Assembly: GCA_051942205.1 (NCBI GenBank)
Contig: JAVECO010000085.1
Span: forward strand, 1-64,000
DNA length: 64,000 bases
Direction: 5' to 3'
DNA from: Coniocarpon cinnabarinum
Lineage: Eukaryota
Shown: positions 51,577-64,000 of the stretch, one piece after another
Layout: every line of letters starts with the position of its first letter
Numbering within the stretch: position 1 is the first letter of the stretch
Translations under genes and position numbers: made by a program
Notes under the pieces: generated by a model
Databases searched by the model: none
What the model was told of the DNA's origin: nothing
Seen by the model: the letters and a program-made list of their open reading frames with translations, nothing else

Positions 51577-54404
51577 TCACTTCTCGCTCTTCCGTCCTCT
51601 CTGCCGATCGCTCACAGAGTCCTGCACCAATCGCAAGGCTTCTCCTTTGATGTCCTCACCGACCCGCCAACTCCTCAGCACGACGCCGTAGCCCTCCAGT
51701 ATTCGTTTCGCCTTGTCCCATCGTCTCAGCCATGCTTCTTCCTTCTTGCTCAGCAACTGTCCAGTTTGGGGATTGTATCCGCTGTATCCACCGTAGGTAG
51801 ATGCGGTGCTACCTTGGCGGCTTGATATGGACCGTTGATCGCCATATGCAAGGGCATCGTCTTCTTCAGTGGATCGTATGCTATCGAATGTCGACGTTCG
51901 GAGAATGCCTGGCTTACGAGGCGGTAGCGGCGGAGCGCGCTCGTCTTGTTCGACTTTCATGAGATCAGCAAGACTAGGGTTTCGTTCGTCCCGCGCGCTG
52001 TCAGTAAAAGAGCTGGCGCGGGAGTGACTGGGGCTGCTTTTGGGCGTTCCTGGGCGGGAGCCAAAGACCATATCTTTTGGGGATGGCATGCGATTGTAGA
52101 CGTCTGTAAACTTCTGTCTCGCCGCGGCGCGGTATGTCTGGCGTGGCGGTGGAGGGTCTGGACGTGGAGGTTTTGGGATGCTCGTTGTCTCTGGAACATG
52201 AGTGCCTGTAGGCGGTGGCTTTGAGTGCAGCGGCAACGGTGGCGGCTTTTCAGGGTTAGTCTGACTCGGGGTGACATGAACTGATGTAGACGGCTTGCGT
52301 GGACGTGGTGGAGGCTGTTTACTGCCAGTGCTTGTGGTCATGTTCTCTTTGCTGGACTCGATTTGCTGGGTCCCTTCAATCCGTGTAGCGGAAAGCGATC
52401 TCGGTTTCGATGGCGCCGGAGGTGGACGCAGCCAATTTTTTGGCAGGCCCGCAGGAGATGGCGTGCGATCTCCTTGATCAGATTCGAGATCGATGAGATT
52501 TTCCTCAGCCGCAGTGGACGCTGTCGACGGTCGAGGAGGTAATGCAGGTCTGGTGGAGCTACCCCGGCTGGACGATTTCTCATGGCGAGAAAGTGATCGC
52601 TCCAGAGCTTCAGGTGGTCGACCCACGTCAGCAAGAGACCGTGCAATGGCTGCTTCGATATCAGCATCTTCTCGAGTGCGGTAGTTTTTGTTGGCGTTTG
52701 ATGACGACTGGAGATCTGGAGGCTTGGTTAAAGGCCGTGCAGGAGCCGGCCAGTCGTGTGTACCATTTGACGAGCCCATGGAGTTGAAGAAACTCCGACG
52801 CTTGGACGTAGTCACGTCCCTGATCAAGACCCCAATCACTCGACCGGGATAATCACGGACTGTGTCTGTGTAAACCTCAAGATCAGCTTCACCGCTGTCG
52901 CCGACGAGAAGGAAACTTCTATCGGGGAAGTCCTTCATTAGCTGATCAATAGCCACCTTTTTACGCTCCGCGACAGGCTCAAAAATGCCTTGCAGCATGC
53001 CACTGTATGCCTTCAGATGGAATGAACCAGGGGGCAAGCCCGCATTCTTGAAGAACGTTGAGAGCAACGGATAAAGCTGCCAAGGCGAATTGGAGACATA
53101 GTGAAACTCACAGCCCAGTTTGGCCATTTCATTGTACCAGTCGCGAACTCCCTCAATGGACAGCTCGCCCACGTCGCGCACGAAAACGTTTCGAAAGATT
53201 TCCTTTGCCCCATTGAGCATAGCTGTGTGTTTGATGGTGTCGTCAATATCGCTGATGACATTCACTCCTCGTGGCTCCACGATCCTGACTTGCTCAGTGG
53301 CGGACATCTTGTCAGAGGCCAGAATCCGCACATGTGTAGGCACAAAATCAAGCGCTGCTCGTAGAGTGAAATGACCAGAAGCATCAGTCTCCACATTCCG
53401 CATCACAGAAGCATCATCGTTGTAGAAAAAGGCGCTGATCGTAGAGTTTTGCATCGGATTTGCCATGAAAGGTGCGACACGTTCCAAAAGGTTAGCATTG
53501 GCGGTGGCTATTTCTGCTTGCGACATTTGCGAGGGTATGACCGCAGTCTGCCCTCTTCTATCGCCTTCATCGCTCCAGGCTTGATTTCGACGATGTTGTG
53601 AAAATTCGTTGCGATATCGAGTCGGAGAGGTCTCTCGGCTCTGTCGCCCGCTGCTGTCTGCATCCGGATCGCTCTCAGAGCGACCAAGCTGCTCGCTGTA
53701 ACCTCCCTGATTTGCAACCTCTGCTTCAGCTTCTCCCCGGCGAATTACTGATTCCACTTCCTTCCTCGCAATCTTTTCTTGCTGCAGTGAACTACGCGCG
53801 TCCAGTCGATCCTTGAAATTGTGTGGACTGCTGGCCCGCGAGGTGGACATGCTGGACGACGGACTTGTGCGCGGGGCAGGTATTCCAGACAGCTGTCTCG
53901 CCATGCTCATGAGTACTTTATTCTTGCGACTCAGAGGACCCCGGTGTGGTGCAAATATCCAGCCCCGAACATCGACGTCAACCACTGCTTTGTCATTTTG
54001 GTATTTAGCCCACTCCTGCCGCCAGAAATCTGCCTCGCCGAATGTGCCATTGTCTGCAAGATCACGACCACTATTGGATCGCTGATGGACGGCGCTTGAG
54101 ACTGAATCGGGCTGTGCCGATGTCAACATAAGTCCTGGGCATTTAAATTATTCAACTGTACCTTTTTGCGCTTATGGCGACGCGCATAGCTTGGAAACAA
54201 AACCAACTGCACGTCACCATTACTCGTTATGGAAGCTCCTGGCCATGAGCCTGGAAGTTCCTGTGATCCATCTTGCTGCAAGCCTCGGTTGTTCCAATTC
54301 TGCTGGTATGTCTGGCGAAGTTCATTTGCAGCTCTGAGATAGCCGGCGAATTTCCTCCGGCGCGCGCCGGGTTCTCGTTCTTCCCAAATACCTGGATTAC
54401 TCAT
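51577..54404 (-). CDS. APP1: Phosphatidate phosphatase App1-like (actin patch protein) with Pro-rich C-terminus
   Basis: HAD-type 'ISDIDDTIKHT', 'FHYVSNSPWQLY', 'LVGDSGEADLEVY'; first ATG 54404 (MSNPGIWEEREPGARRRK), one intron near 54118-54160. Confidence 0.9.
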
Positions 54405-55192
54405 CCTTAATCCTCTTTGAGCCACCACATTTTTCCCAAGTCTTCTCAGCCAGAAGATGCGTCCTCTAGCTCGGAGTCGTGCCAACAAGCCGTGCGCTTT
54501 TCGATCTTGCCTTTTCAATCGTCGAGCGAGAATGAAGGTCCAAATGCGGGCTTGAGCTTTGTGCTTGAGAGCTGGGACGATGTCGAAGCGGAAACTGGCA
54601 AACCTCGCCCGCGCGCGTTGACGAGCAAGCAAAAAGAGGGATCGGACAGGTGGGACAGGATGTATGGGAGTTTGCTTCAGTGGGCGGCCGCTGCGGGAGA
54701 ACGACGCCACTTTTAAAATCTGACTATGGGAGAAATGGCTCCGTGACTTCTAAGAGCAGGCTCGCTGCTTCAGAGCCTGAGCGGAGGGCATTGCATGCCA
54801 TGCTGCCGGGTCTCTGTAGGCAATAGGCAAGCGTACCTACTTAAAGCCAGAATGTCCGGATGACGCGCCGCTTACACAGACTGTATCCGAATTTTCCCTT
54901 TTGAGACAAGGTTGAAGATCTCGCTCGTCCTTATTGATAAGCTAATTTCGCCTGCAATATAACCTGAGCAAGTGGTAATCTCTACAATGTGCTCTGTTGA
55001 TAATCGCGCACTCCGGCTAGTATGACCATTCGGCAAACCGTGCATGGACTAGCCCACCACGAGGCACACTGCCTATCGTTCCCACCGCGGAAGTCTTTCT
55101 ATACGTGGAATCATGCGTCCACGAAATACAAGTAAATTCTCTCCCATATCAAAACAACGTTGATTGAAGGGTTGTGGCAGCCTGAACCGCCA

Positions 55193-56008
55193 TCATGCAC
55201 TATCCTGCCCTTCTGACTTGCGTATGTACAGCGTTTCTTGGATCAACGCCCGGCTGAACGGGTCTTCTTCTTCATCCTCTTCGAGGAATTCTTCAGGTAT
55301 TCCCACCACCGGGAGAAATTCATGATCTTTAAAATCATCCCTCAAAAACTTCTGTAGGTCTTTGATGTTTCCTTCTTTGAAAGGAAAATTCAGCGAAAAA
55401 TCGTTCAACATAATCTTGATCGGGCGAAAGGCGGATGGATCGGGAACTCCATGTGCGATCAAGGAAGGAGTAAACCAAAAGCTTTTCGCGTTCATATGTT
55501 TCTCAATCCCGCTAAGCATGCCTACAGCACCCAGGCGCGCTAGTATAGCCAAGTCGATGTTCCCTCGTTCCTTGTAATCAGGGTCCTGGAAGTATAATTT
55601 GATTTTATGACCTGGGAGCAATTTAGCTTCTTTGATCTTTTCGGCCAAGTCGAGAGCGAAAAGCAGCTGGCATAGCCGTCGGCGTAGTCTCTTCGGGTCA
55701 TCGACAGCGCCTGCCAGAGTGCCACCGCCCATGACCACAACATTATCGCATTCACGGAAGTGGTCCTTGATGATCTTAACATCCTTGACTTTCTGCTGTT
55801 TTGCCTTGTGACATGTCGAATTAGGCTCCTTTTCTTTGAGACTGTGAAGCGTTTCTAAGATCTTCCCTTCAATCTTCTGTTCCTCAGGATTGAGCTCAAA
55901 AGGCCCTTGCGTGCTGCCCTCCTCATGAGCGACATTTGACCGGAATCTTTCCATCCATGAGAGAATGTGAGGCGGATGGATAATGCTTTGCAACGCAGAC
56001 GAAGCCAT
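55193..56008 (-). CDS. SRR1-like domain protein (divergent)
   Basis: 271-aa ORF with 'VVVMGGGTL...QLLFALDL...LYFQDPDY...ILARLG...FWFTP', matching the pattern of fungal SRR1-like domains. Confidence 0.55.
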   Translation of the reverse strand: MASSALQSIIHPPHILSWMERFRSNVAHEEGSTQGPFELNPEEQKIEGKILETLHSLKEKEPNSTCHKAKQQKVKDVKIIKDHFRECDNVVVMGGGTLAGAVDDPKRLRRRLCQLLFALDLAEKIKEAKLLPGHKIKLYFQDPDYKERGNIDLAILARLGAVGMLSGIEKHMNAKSFWFTPSLIAHGVPDPSAFRPIKIMLNDFSLNFPFKEGNIKDLQKFLRDDFKDHEFLPVVGIPEEFLEEDEEEDPFSRALIQETLYIRKSEGQDSA

Positions 56009-57655
56009 AGCTTGAGGAGACTAAGATACGATATCGTTGTTTTCCTCTTTTATGCTCTTTCAAAAGACGAGAGGCTGTATGTGGATTCTGAAAACTTAAA
56101 GAAAGCAATAGTGGGAATTTATAGCCAGTGCTGGCAAGACGTAAAACGGCGGATGCCATTTTCATTCCTATAGTGCAACGTGTTCAATGATCACGAGAAG
56201 CAGTGGCATAACAATTTTCAGAGCACGATGATACCTGTGGATCGGGGACTGCTGCCAGGGGAACAGCGTAAGGAAGCAAGAGCGCCTTGCGTTTGGCCAT
56301 ATAAGCTAGTTGTCTACTGCACTGAGCCAATGACCGGGGGACGTCGGTACACACGACGATGGTCACTGCTTTGTAACTAGACTCTGAAACGGCGGCGGTG
56401 AGATGTGAAGATGAATTCAATTCCAAGCCGCAAACAAAACAATGATGAGGGTATGTGGTCTGACTGGCGATTCACCTGACTGGCGAATCGCCTGACCAGA
56501 GTATCAGAAAGGCTGCATGCGGTTCTAGGTACGTACTATGTCGGACTGCCTACGCGTGAGGCGCTTGCATTCCACAGACTCATGGTCTTGAGCTTTCAGG
56601 CAAGGAACTATAACCATTGTCCGGATCGTGTGCGTGGCTGAGAGGTGGCCTTCTTTTGAGTACATCTGAATACATCCAGTCATTCCGACGTCGACAAGGA
56701 GCTGCACTGAGGGTTGTGATCTCGATCCAAGCGTTCCCGGCCCTTCGTTGGGACAGAGTTGCGGAAGCTCATAAGTCCTGGTTCTGCATGAGAACGGATG
56801 TTCAATTACGCATCGGCCAGTGAGCTGCAACAGATGCGGGTCCATCAGCGGATTTGAAACAGAACAGGTAGGTAATTGTAGACCCTCTCTTGGCACAAAG
56901 TGCAGCGTACAAAAATAGTATGCAGCATCCTACAGCGGTCCACGGACTCCTAGAGATGTCCGGAAACACTCATGCATATTACTCTACGCCGCGGCAGGTA
57001 CCGAGCTCATCCGCATTTGTGTACATACTACTTCCCAGTCGGCAACGAAGTTGACAACTTGTCGCCCACGGAGTCTGCGCTAAATTCAACCCGAGCGGAC
57101 AACGCTTTCGGTGCGCAAAAGTCCCGTTGTTGAGTCTAAGCACACATCTGATGTGTCTACACGCCTGACGCAATTACAATGATCGTGTGATGCCAAGACA
57201 TGCAAACAGGCCTGAAACGCGCACGACGAAAGACGATGTGCACGTGACTTGCGAAAAGGATACTCCCGTCGGATATCTCCATCCAAATACAGCAGGACAC
57301 GAGGCTGAACTTGCTAGCTCTATCAATATACCTGTCCGAGCCGGACGGGCTCAGTACTTCATTAGCTTATTCGCATAGGTATTCCGTGACTGCTCGCTAT
57401 CTCCGCTTAGCTCCAGTAACCCTGCCTGAACGCGGTTACAATTCCGATGTTAAGTAGCTGACTCAACGTGACTTATACTTTTTTGAAAACCTTTCTGCGT
57501 AGATCTGTGATTCTTCACCTCTATTTCAAGATAGACTCTGACCAAGGATTGCGCTTTGCTCGCGGCTCAGCATAAGGTGATACAATAGACATTAAACGTA
57601 AGTCAAGGCCTGCGCAACGTAGCCAAGACGGTGATCTAGACTGAATGCTGATTAG

Positions 57656-58738
57656 ATGGCTACCGCTTCCGAACGTCTGCCGAGGAAGTCAGTCGCATTC
57701 GCAGAGGGCGAGACAGTCGTCGACGAGAATGGGGAGGTCTCGACGAACGTGAATGGCGCTGGGGACAAATCGACTGCCGACTCACACACACAACGTATGC
57801 ACATGTCACATGCGGTATGTCTATGTGGGTGCTGATTCGCGATGCACACAGAGAACGGTGATACGCTAATCGACGATGCGACTGCCTCTTTTGACGACCT
57901 GGCCCTTGCTGCGAAGAAGAAGAAAAAGAAGTCTAAAAAAGAGTCAGACAAGAAAGATGACGAAGAAGTCGACGGCGATGCTGTAGCAGACGGTGGCTTC
58001 GACGATCTCGCGGCGGTGAAAAAGAAAAAGAAGGCGAAGAAGGCGAAAGCGGAAGATGCCGCAGAGGATTTTGATGCCAAACTTGCCAAAGCTGGTGGGA
58101 CCGAGAAAGACGAGGCTACCCAAGAGGACATCTCGGCGGAAGACGCTGGAGACATGAACGAAGGGACCGGCGTGTGGTCGCACGACGCAGATGCAACACA
58201 ACCAATCAGCTACAACCTTCTGCTCTCGAGATTTTTCAACATGCTCAATGCGCACAACCCCGACCTCATGATGTCTGGATCAAAGAGCTACAAAATTCCT
58301 CCTCCACAGTGTCTTCGAGAAGGGAACAAGAAGACCATCTTCGCTAACATTGCAGAAATTTGCCGAAGAATGAAGAGGTCGGACGAACACGTTACCCAGT
58401 TTTTATTCGCAGAACTGGGGACGACTGGCAGCACCGACGGGAGCCGCCGTCTTGTTATCAAGGGGAAGTTCCTGCAGAAGCAGATTGAGAATGTTCTTCG
58501 ACGATACATTGGTAAGTCTGACGAGGTGAATATGTTGACCGTGGAATAGGGTTGCTAACAGCTCTCAGTTGAATATGTCACATGCAAGACCTGTCGGTCG
58601 CCAGATACTGAGTTGGTCAGAGGTGAAAATCGATTGTACTTTATCGAGTGCAATTCATGCTCCTCGAGACGCAGCGTGCAGTCGATCAAGACGGGTTTCA
58701 CCGCACAAGTCGGCAAGCGTCGTCGTCAACAAGGATAA
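57656..58738 (+). CDS. SUI3: Translation initiation factor eIF2 beta subunit
   Basis: Poly-Lys boxes, '[20 protein letters not shown]', 'FLFAELGT', C2-C2 zinc finger 'CKTC...CNSC'; introns including one in the 5' UTR (57598-57655). Confidence 0.95.
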
Positions 58739-59139
58739 ACTGGTGTTCAAGCATGTCACGCGGGGCTTCGGAAGTGCGAACGGCAGCCCAAAAATGCATC
58801 CATGGCTGCATAGTTGGGAGCGCAATCTTCCAACGAAGGAATCTTAGGTAGCAAGCTGATTTTGGCCCGGCGTCATGAGTTTGATGCAACGTGTGATCAT
58901 TCCTATGTCTTTCACCAAACGTAAAATTGATGATCCTGCACTGCTAAGTGAGATTGAGCTCTTCGACCCTACCCGCCCCCTACAAAATTTGGCCCCAGGA
59001 TAGCAACCCTCGTCATTGGACTGCCTTTAGCAGAGGCTTTCCAGCGTCTCATCTGGAACATGTCCTGCTGCTACGGAGGACTGTCTGCCTAAGATGTTGG
59101 GCTGTGTGAGGATAATGTCGGATTTCCAACCAGGCTGAT

Positions 59140-61397
59140 ATGGCCGCCAAAGGACAAACTGGGGAGTATGCGGATGCCAAGCACAGAGCAGCATTTGAGA
59201 CGAGCTACACAAATTCATGGAGATCGGAACCATTCTGGCGTGGCAAGCCGCTGACCCCGAGCCAATTGCTTGTCCATGATGTTCGTCTTCATCCACCTAT
59301 CAGTGGTCGACCTGCTCGTTTAGCTTTAGAAGAAGTGCCCGCTTCTTCTTTTATTCCGAAGCACACGGACATCGATGACCTACCACGAACGCTTCCGGAG
59401 CCGGAATTGGGTAGCAACAATCACGAGGTGCAAAACCTTAAGACATTACGACAAAGCTACGGATGGCTTGGTTGGCTACGGAGAGAGGAGGGTGTTATCG
59501 AACCACTGCAGACGCGATGGATCCATGTTTCGAGTCATTTTCCGGAGTATCTTGGCGGCATGTTCGCTGGCCTCTCAGACTGGACCCAAAACCCAGAAGT
59601 GAAGCTGAATGGCCTCAGGTATCTTAATGCTGCCGTCCAAGGCCATGAGAGATGGTCAAAGCACGGACGCTTTTTCTCTCCCTTCTGTGAGGCCCTCCAT
59701 GACGACGAGTCTGTTGCATTAGGCGAGCGACCCCACCTGCTGTCTGTGCCTTTCCTAGATTGGACGTTGTATCCAGGTATGTCTCAGCGATTGCCGGATA
59801 CGAGTTGTTCAGTACAGACCTTTGAAAACTCAAGAGCATGACAAGGTCAAGAGGGTGATCATCTTTACAGTAGCGAACCGTCGGAGAGAACATACTGTTC
59901 AGATTGATCGTCATCTGGCGAAGCCTGTGCGCTGATTCTTCGCCACAGGTCCGCCTCCCCCAGCTCGATTTCAGATTGATGAGCGTGAAGCGTACGCATC
60001 TGCGCGTTCCTCGGCCCATCCTTTGCGTAGGTAGTCGCCGCAAGAGCAGATGGCGTTTGACGTCGCTAACGATTGCAAAGGCTCTTTGCTTCAGTACAAA
60101 TACAGACTTGAAGATACCTCAGACAGAGAGAAGACTCAAGTCTATTTTCGGCACAAGCCCTGGCGTGAGGACCGCGAGATTGATCTCAGGGTACGCCGAT
60201 TCTTCGGTCATTATCCAACTGGTCTCAATGTCGACGAGCTGTGGGTTTTGATCATTGATGAGATACACATCGTGAGTCATTCTTGCAACGAAGAGCAGGC
60301 TTAGCTGATCATACTAACTCAGGTCACCTTCTCAAGCAATCAGACTTGGAAGGCTCGCTGGCCACCTCTGCAGCTCGCCTCAAGGATTGCTGAGATCAGC
60401 TTTCGGGGTCTCCGCAAACAGCAATTCATAGATCCCGTACAAGGTGATACCTACAGTTCGTTCTTGCATGCTCTAGTGTGTTTGAATGGGGCTATGGGGA
60501 TGGTTCATCGAAGCTTCTGGACAGACGCCCCTTTACCTTGCTCTGAAAGATATGCTGCGCAACTTGATCGACTCCAGTACGATTCAATACATCAAAAGAC
60601 CGGCCATGCTTGTCCTTGGCTGACTGTCTGCTAGGTATCGATTGTATCGTGCGCCAAGTACAAAACTCGTTCTTGATCTTCTGCAGCTGCAGGATGAACT
60701 GAGCATCATTGAGAGCATTACCAAGTCACAAATAGACGTTGTCATGAAGCTAGAGCAGCAAGTGGCCGCCCAATGGCGCACCACGGCTCCGAGCACTGGT
60801 TTGTCCCCACAGCAGCCTGCAACGTTTGTTTCCGGAGACCCCGCAGGTATCAGCGGTCGTTTGAAAACGGAGCTTCAAGATCTCATAGAACTTAGGACGA
60901 ACACGAATGAGCTTGTGAATAGAACTGTTCAGCTCGTCAATATAAGACTTGAAGATCATGGTCAAGCTATTCTAGTTTTCACAATAGTGACAGTGATCTT
61001 TCTTCCACTGTCATTCCTGTCGAGCTTCTTCGGAATGAATGTCTCTGATATCCGAGACATGCAATCTTCACAGTGGCTGTTTGTGGGTAATCACCAGCAC
61101 CATATGCTTGTTCTAGTATAGCTGACGACCACAATACAGTGGACCTGTGCAGCATCTCTCACTGTTGCAGTTGTGGTTATATCGACGTTTCTGGCTTTCT
61201 ATGGTGCCCGCTTGAACGAGAAGTTCATCATGTGGAAAGATGCGCGGAGCTTTGAATGGAGTCCTGTACTACGTCAAGCTCGTCCAGTCCGAAGTCAGTT
61301 TCCACTTCAACGGGGTGCCACTGCTGAGATCACTGTTCTCGATTCAGTCCATATAGGGACAGGCAGAGATTGGAGCCTTGGCTTTGCACGTTCTTAG
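59140..61397 (+). CDS. Fungal CorA-like (Mg2+ transporter family) membrane protein, multi-exon
   Basis: C-terminal 'EDHGQAILVFTIVTVIFLPLSFLSSFFGMNVSDIR' (GMN motif) and a second TM; upstream exons joined by canonical introns; start codon uncertain. Confidence 0.82.
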
Positions 61398-61992
61398 GGG
61401 TTTGCACGCTGCGCCAGTCCCAAGTTTGATTTTGCCATCACTTCATCGATCTGTCAGGGGCGGTCTGAGAATTGATTTGCGGACACATTCGCGATCGAAA
61501 CGTTTCGTGAGACATCACAAGATCTTCCTGCAAGGCCTCAAGATCGACAGGGATGTTGCCAATGAATATGTGAGAGCCGGCAGTCATCCGCGGGCGCTTG
61601 CATGAAGACTGTTCATTTTACGCTAACTACTGCAATGTTCCGGGGCTCGTTTGTAAAATCTTCACGCAACAAAATTTTGAGGAGAGACGCAACTGTTGTA
61701 ATCTCTGCTCTGGTCCACAACAAGCTCCGGGGAGAGATACTAATAGTCTCTCTGCAGCTCCGAGAACGTCACAGAGATTACGCAGTGTGCAGAACCTCTG
61801 ACGCTGGCTTAGCTTGATCATTCCTATCCGGCGCGTGATCTATGTTCTCAACTGGGTTGGCAGTCTATACTTATTGTGGTGTGAGCCAGGACCGTGTGCG
61901 TAAAGACTTCCGGCTTAGAAGTCTGCGCTGTGCCGCGACTTTTAGTGGAAATAACATCCTTACATTGAGCGCTCTGCAGCAGCGTCAGCAAG

Positions 61993-63491
61993 ATGGCTCA
62001 GCAACAGGGCAGCATGTCGCCACTGATCAGCTTCGAAGAACCTCCTGGTGAGGTAGGCACGCCTAACAGTGGCGAATACCGACCCGGATGGTACATCAGT
62101 CGTGGAAATGGGGTGTTCGTGCCCCTAATTGCAGCCGATGAGCTCCCTGAAGAAGTGCGTCTCAAAGGGCTGTCAGCACGCCTAAGTCGCGACGACATCT
62201 ACCGTACCGGCATAGATCAAAGCTCGGAATATCTTGGCGAAGTCTTCAGCAATGGATTTGTATTTCAAAACGTCGTGGATGATCCAAGCTTTGAAAAGCG
62301 AAAAGACTGTCTGAAAGACCTTGCAGAACTGTCAATTTCTGAAGCAAATGCTGTCAACGTCGGTCGAGACCACATGGACAGTTTGAGGGGCCCAAAGGAG
62401 CAGACAGTGCAGCGCTCGCCTCCGGCACACGGCGATAAGCACCTAAATGTGAGTCAGGTAATGTTTGCTACGGCACAATCAATACACAAGGCTGTGACTG
62501 ACCCCAGACTCAGTGCAATATTGACGGCATCGGCCCTACCAGTCATCGCCCATTTCCTCCATCGGGTCGTGAACCTGATGCATCTCGTAAGGTGTACTGC
62601 ACACACTGGATCCGCACTGGCGAATGCGATTACATTCAGCAAGGATGTTATTATAAACACGAGATGCCTGGTCGGCGAACGCTGCAAGAGATTGGATTTC
62701 GCAAAGTGCCGCGCTGGTGGCAAGAACAGATAGCAGCAACCAAGAGATCAACACGCTCTTGCCTGGAAGCCAATGGCTTCACCGAGAATGAGACGAGCCG
62801 TGATGATGAAAGTGTTAGTGACGGCGCCAGTTCTACAGATTTGCCTGCCGGGAATCCAGACACCTCTCGGTGGACCAGAGCAGTCTTACCAGGTTCCGGA
62901 AAGTCACCACCTTCTAAGGCGGTCCCCAAGGAACACGTCTTTGGCAAAGCGCAGCCACCCAAAGTGATTCCTGTGTGCGGCGTAAACCCGAAAGCTGAAC
63001 CAGAATCAAATCAAACGTCGGCAGGTGTGAGAACACAGCCTCGAACAAATGCACCGACTCCCTGCATCACCGTCGACATGTCTCCGCCTGTCATATCGCC
63101 CACCGCTAAGGACTCAAATGTTCCCCGGACTCCGGCGAACTCGCCAACGTACTTGCCAACGTACTTTGTTGCGCACCACGGTGGACATGGGATGTCGACT
63201 GACAATGCTTATACACAATGGTCCCCTTTACCAGATCGCGGCGCCACCACTACTTCCAGGACACATTACGCTCCGCCCACAGCCAACCCCTGTCGTGGCT
63301 ATGATACCAGAGCTGCGAACGACAGAAATATCAATAGGCAAGGCAAAGATGTGCATACCGTATGTGCAGCGGGTCAAAAACTAGAAAAAGAAAGAGACAA
63401 GCGATACCTTGGCAAAGCAGGAGAGAGAGGAAGGACGGCGCAAGAGGTCCGGGGGATGGGGAGAGGCAACCAAACTTCGGAGAATGTATGA
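61993..63491 (+). CDS. CCCH zinc-finger protein
   Basis: 'YCTHWIRTGECDYIQQGCYYKHEMP...GFRKVPRWW' after an intron near 62449-62514; N-terminal 'RGNGVFVPLIAADELPEEVRLKG'. Confidence 0.82.
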
Positions 63492-64000
63492 GGAGGTCGC
63501 TTTTCGTGAAACTCGAATTTGCGCCAGTGTCACACTCGCTTCATAGATTTGACGCGAGGCTCATTGAGGATGAGCAGGCGTACAAATAACCTCGATCTTG
63601 CTGACAAGTCCTCTCCTCAACGCGGGAGCTCTTGGACAGTGTCCACCATCCGTAAGATTACCCGTCATTGAAGTAAGCACCGCCTTGCCGCGAAAGTTGT
63701 AGGCCTATGGATGATAGCACGTGACCTTGCCACAGATCATCACCGTCTCCAACTAGTAGAGCTCCCTACAATACACTCACTATAAAACCCTCACTATTAG
63801 CCTCGTCTGGATAGGGCCGAGCTTCTGTCTCCTCACGCGTGCTATTACGGCTCGGCTTTATCAGCAAGCTATGAAGCGGAGCCTGCCACCCTGCATCGTG
63901 CACACTTTGCGCGACTCAGCCAGTGGTTGCGCCATTTTCGACGTACCTTCACAGCTCCTTCAACTCTACCAGTCCTGCTTGCTGCGCCTCAGCCCCGTCA

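Noticed and set aside
56456..56500. Short direct/inverted repeat (CTGACTGGCGA twice; GGCGATTC/GAATCGCC)
   Set aside because: Too short and isolated to support a MITE, array or RNA gene.

Overview
Eukaryotic, intron-containing DNA from a filamentous ascomycete (short GT-AG introns of ~50 nt with CTRAC/CTAA-type branch sites, roughly balanced GC). The window has four parts. (1) 0.3-17.2 kb is a metabolic/accessory block: two MFS transporters, a hotdog thioesterase, a Pth11-like membrane protein, a SAM methyltransferase, a UbiA prenyltransferase, an SDR and an O-methyltransferase, with no PKS, NRPS or terpene cyclase visible. (2) 19-39 kb is housekeeping and mostly mitochondrial: RVB2, HDA1, DIC1, MSF1, COX5, ATP2, GLC3, ClpX. 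(3) 40.7-47.5 kb is a compact three-gene module. A spliced TPR+ankyrin protein lacking any NACHT/NB-ARC domain lies head-to-head with an intronless 910-aa HET-domain protein, which is tail-to-tail with a ~4-TM membrane protein. This is the best candidate for an undescribed non-self-recognition/cell-death system. (4) 49-63.5 kb holds APP1 (with a possible GUG-initiated N-terminal extension), an SRR1-like protein, eIF2-beta, a CorA-like protein, a CCCH protein and small hypothetical genes. I recognised no tRNA, rRNA, CRISPR or intact transposon. All family assignments come from motif recognition by eye, not database searches.
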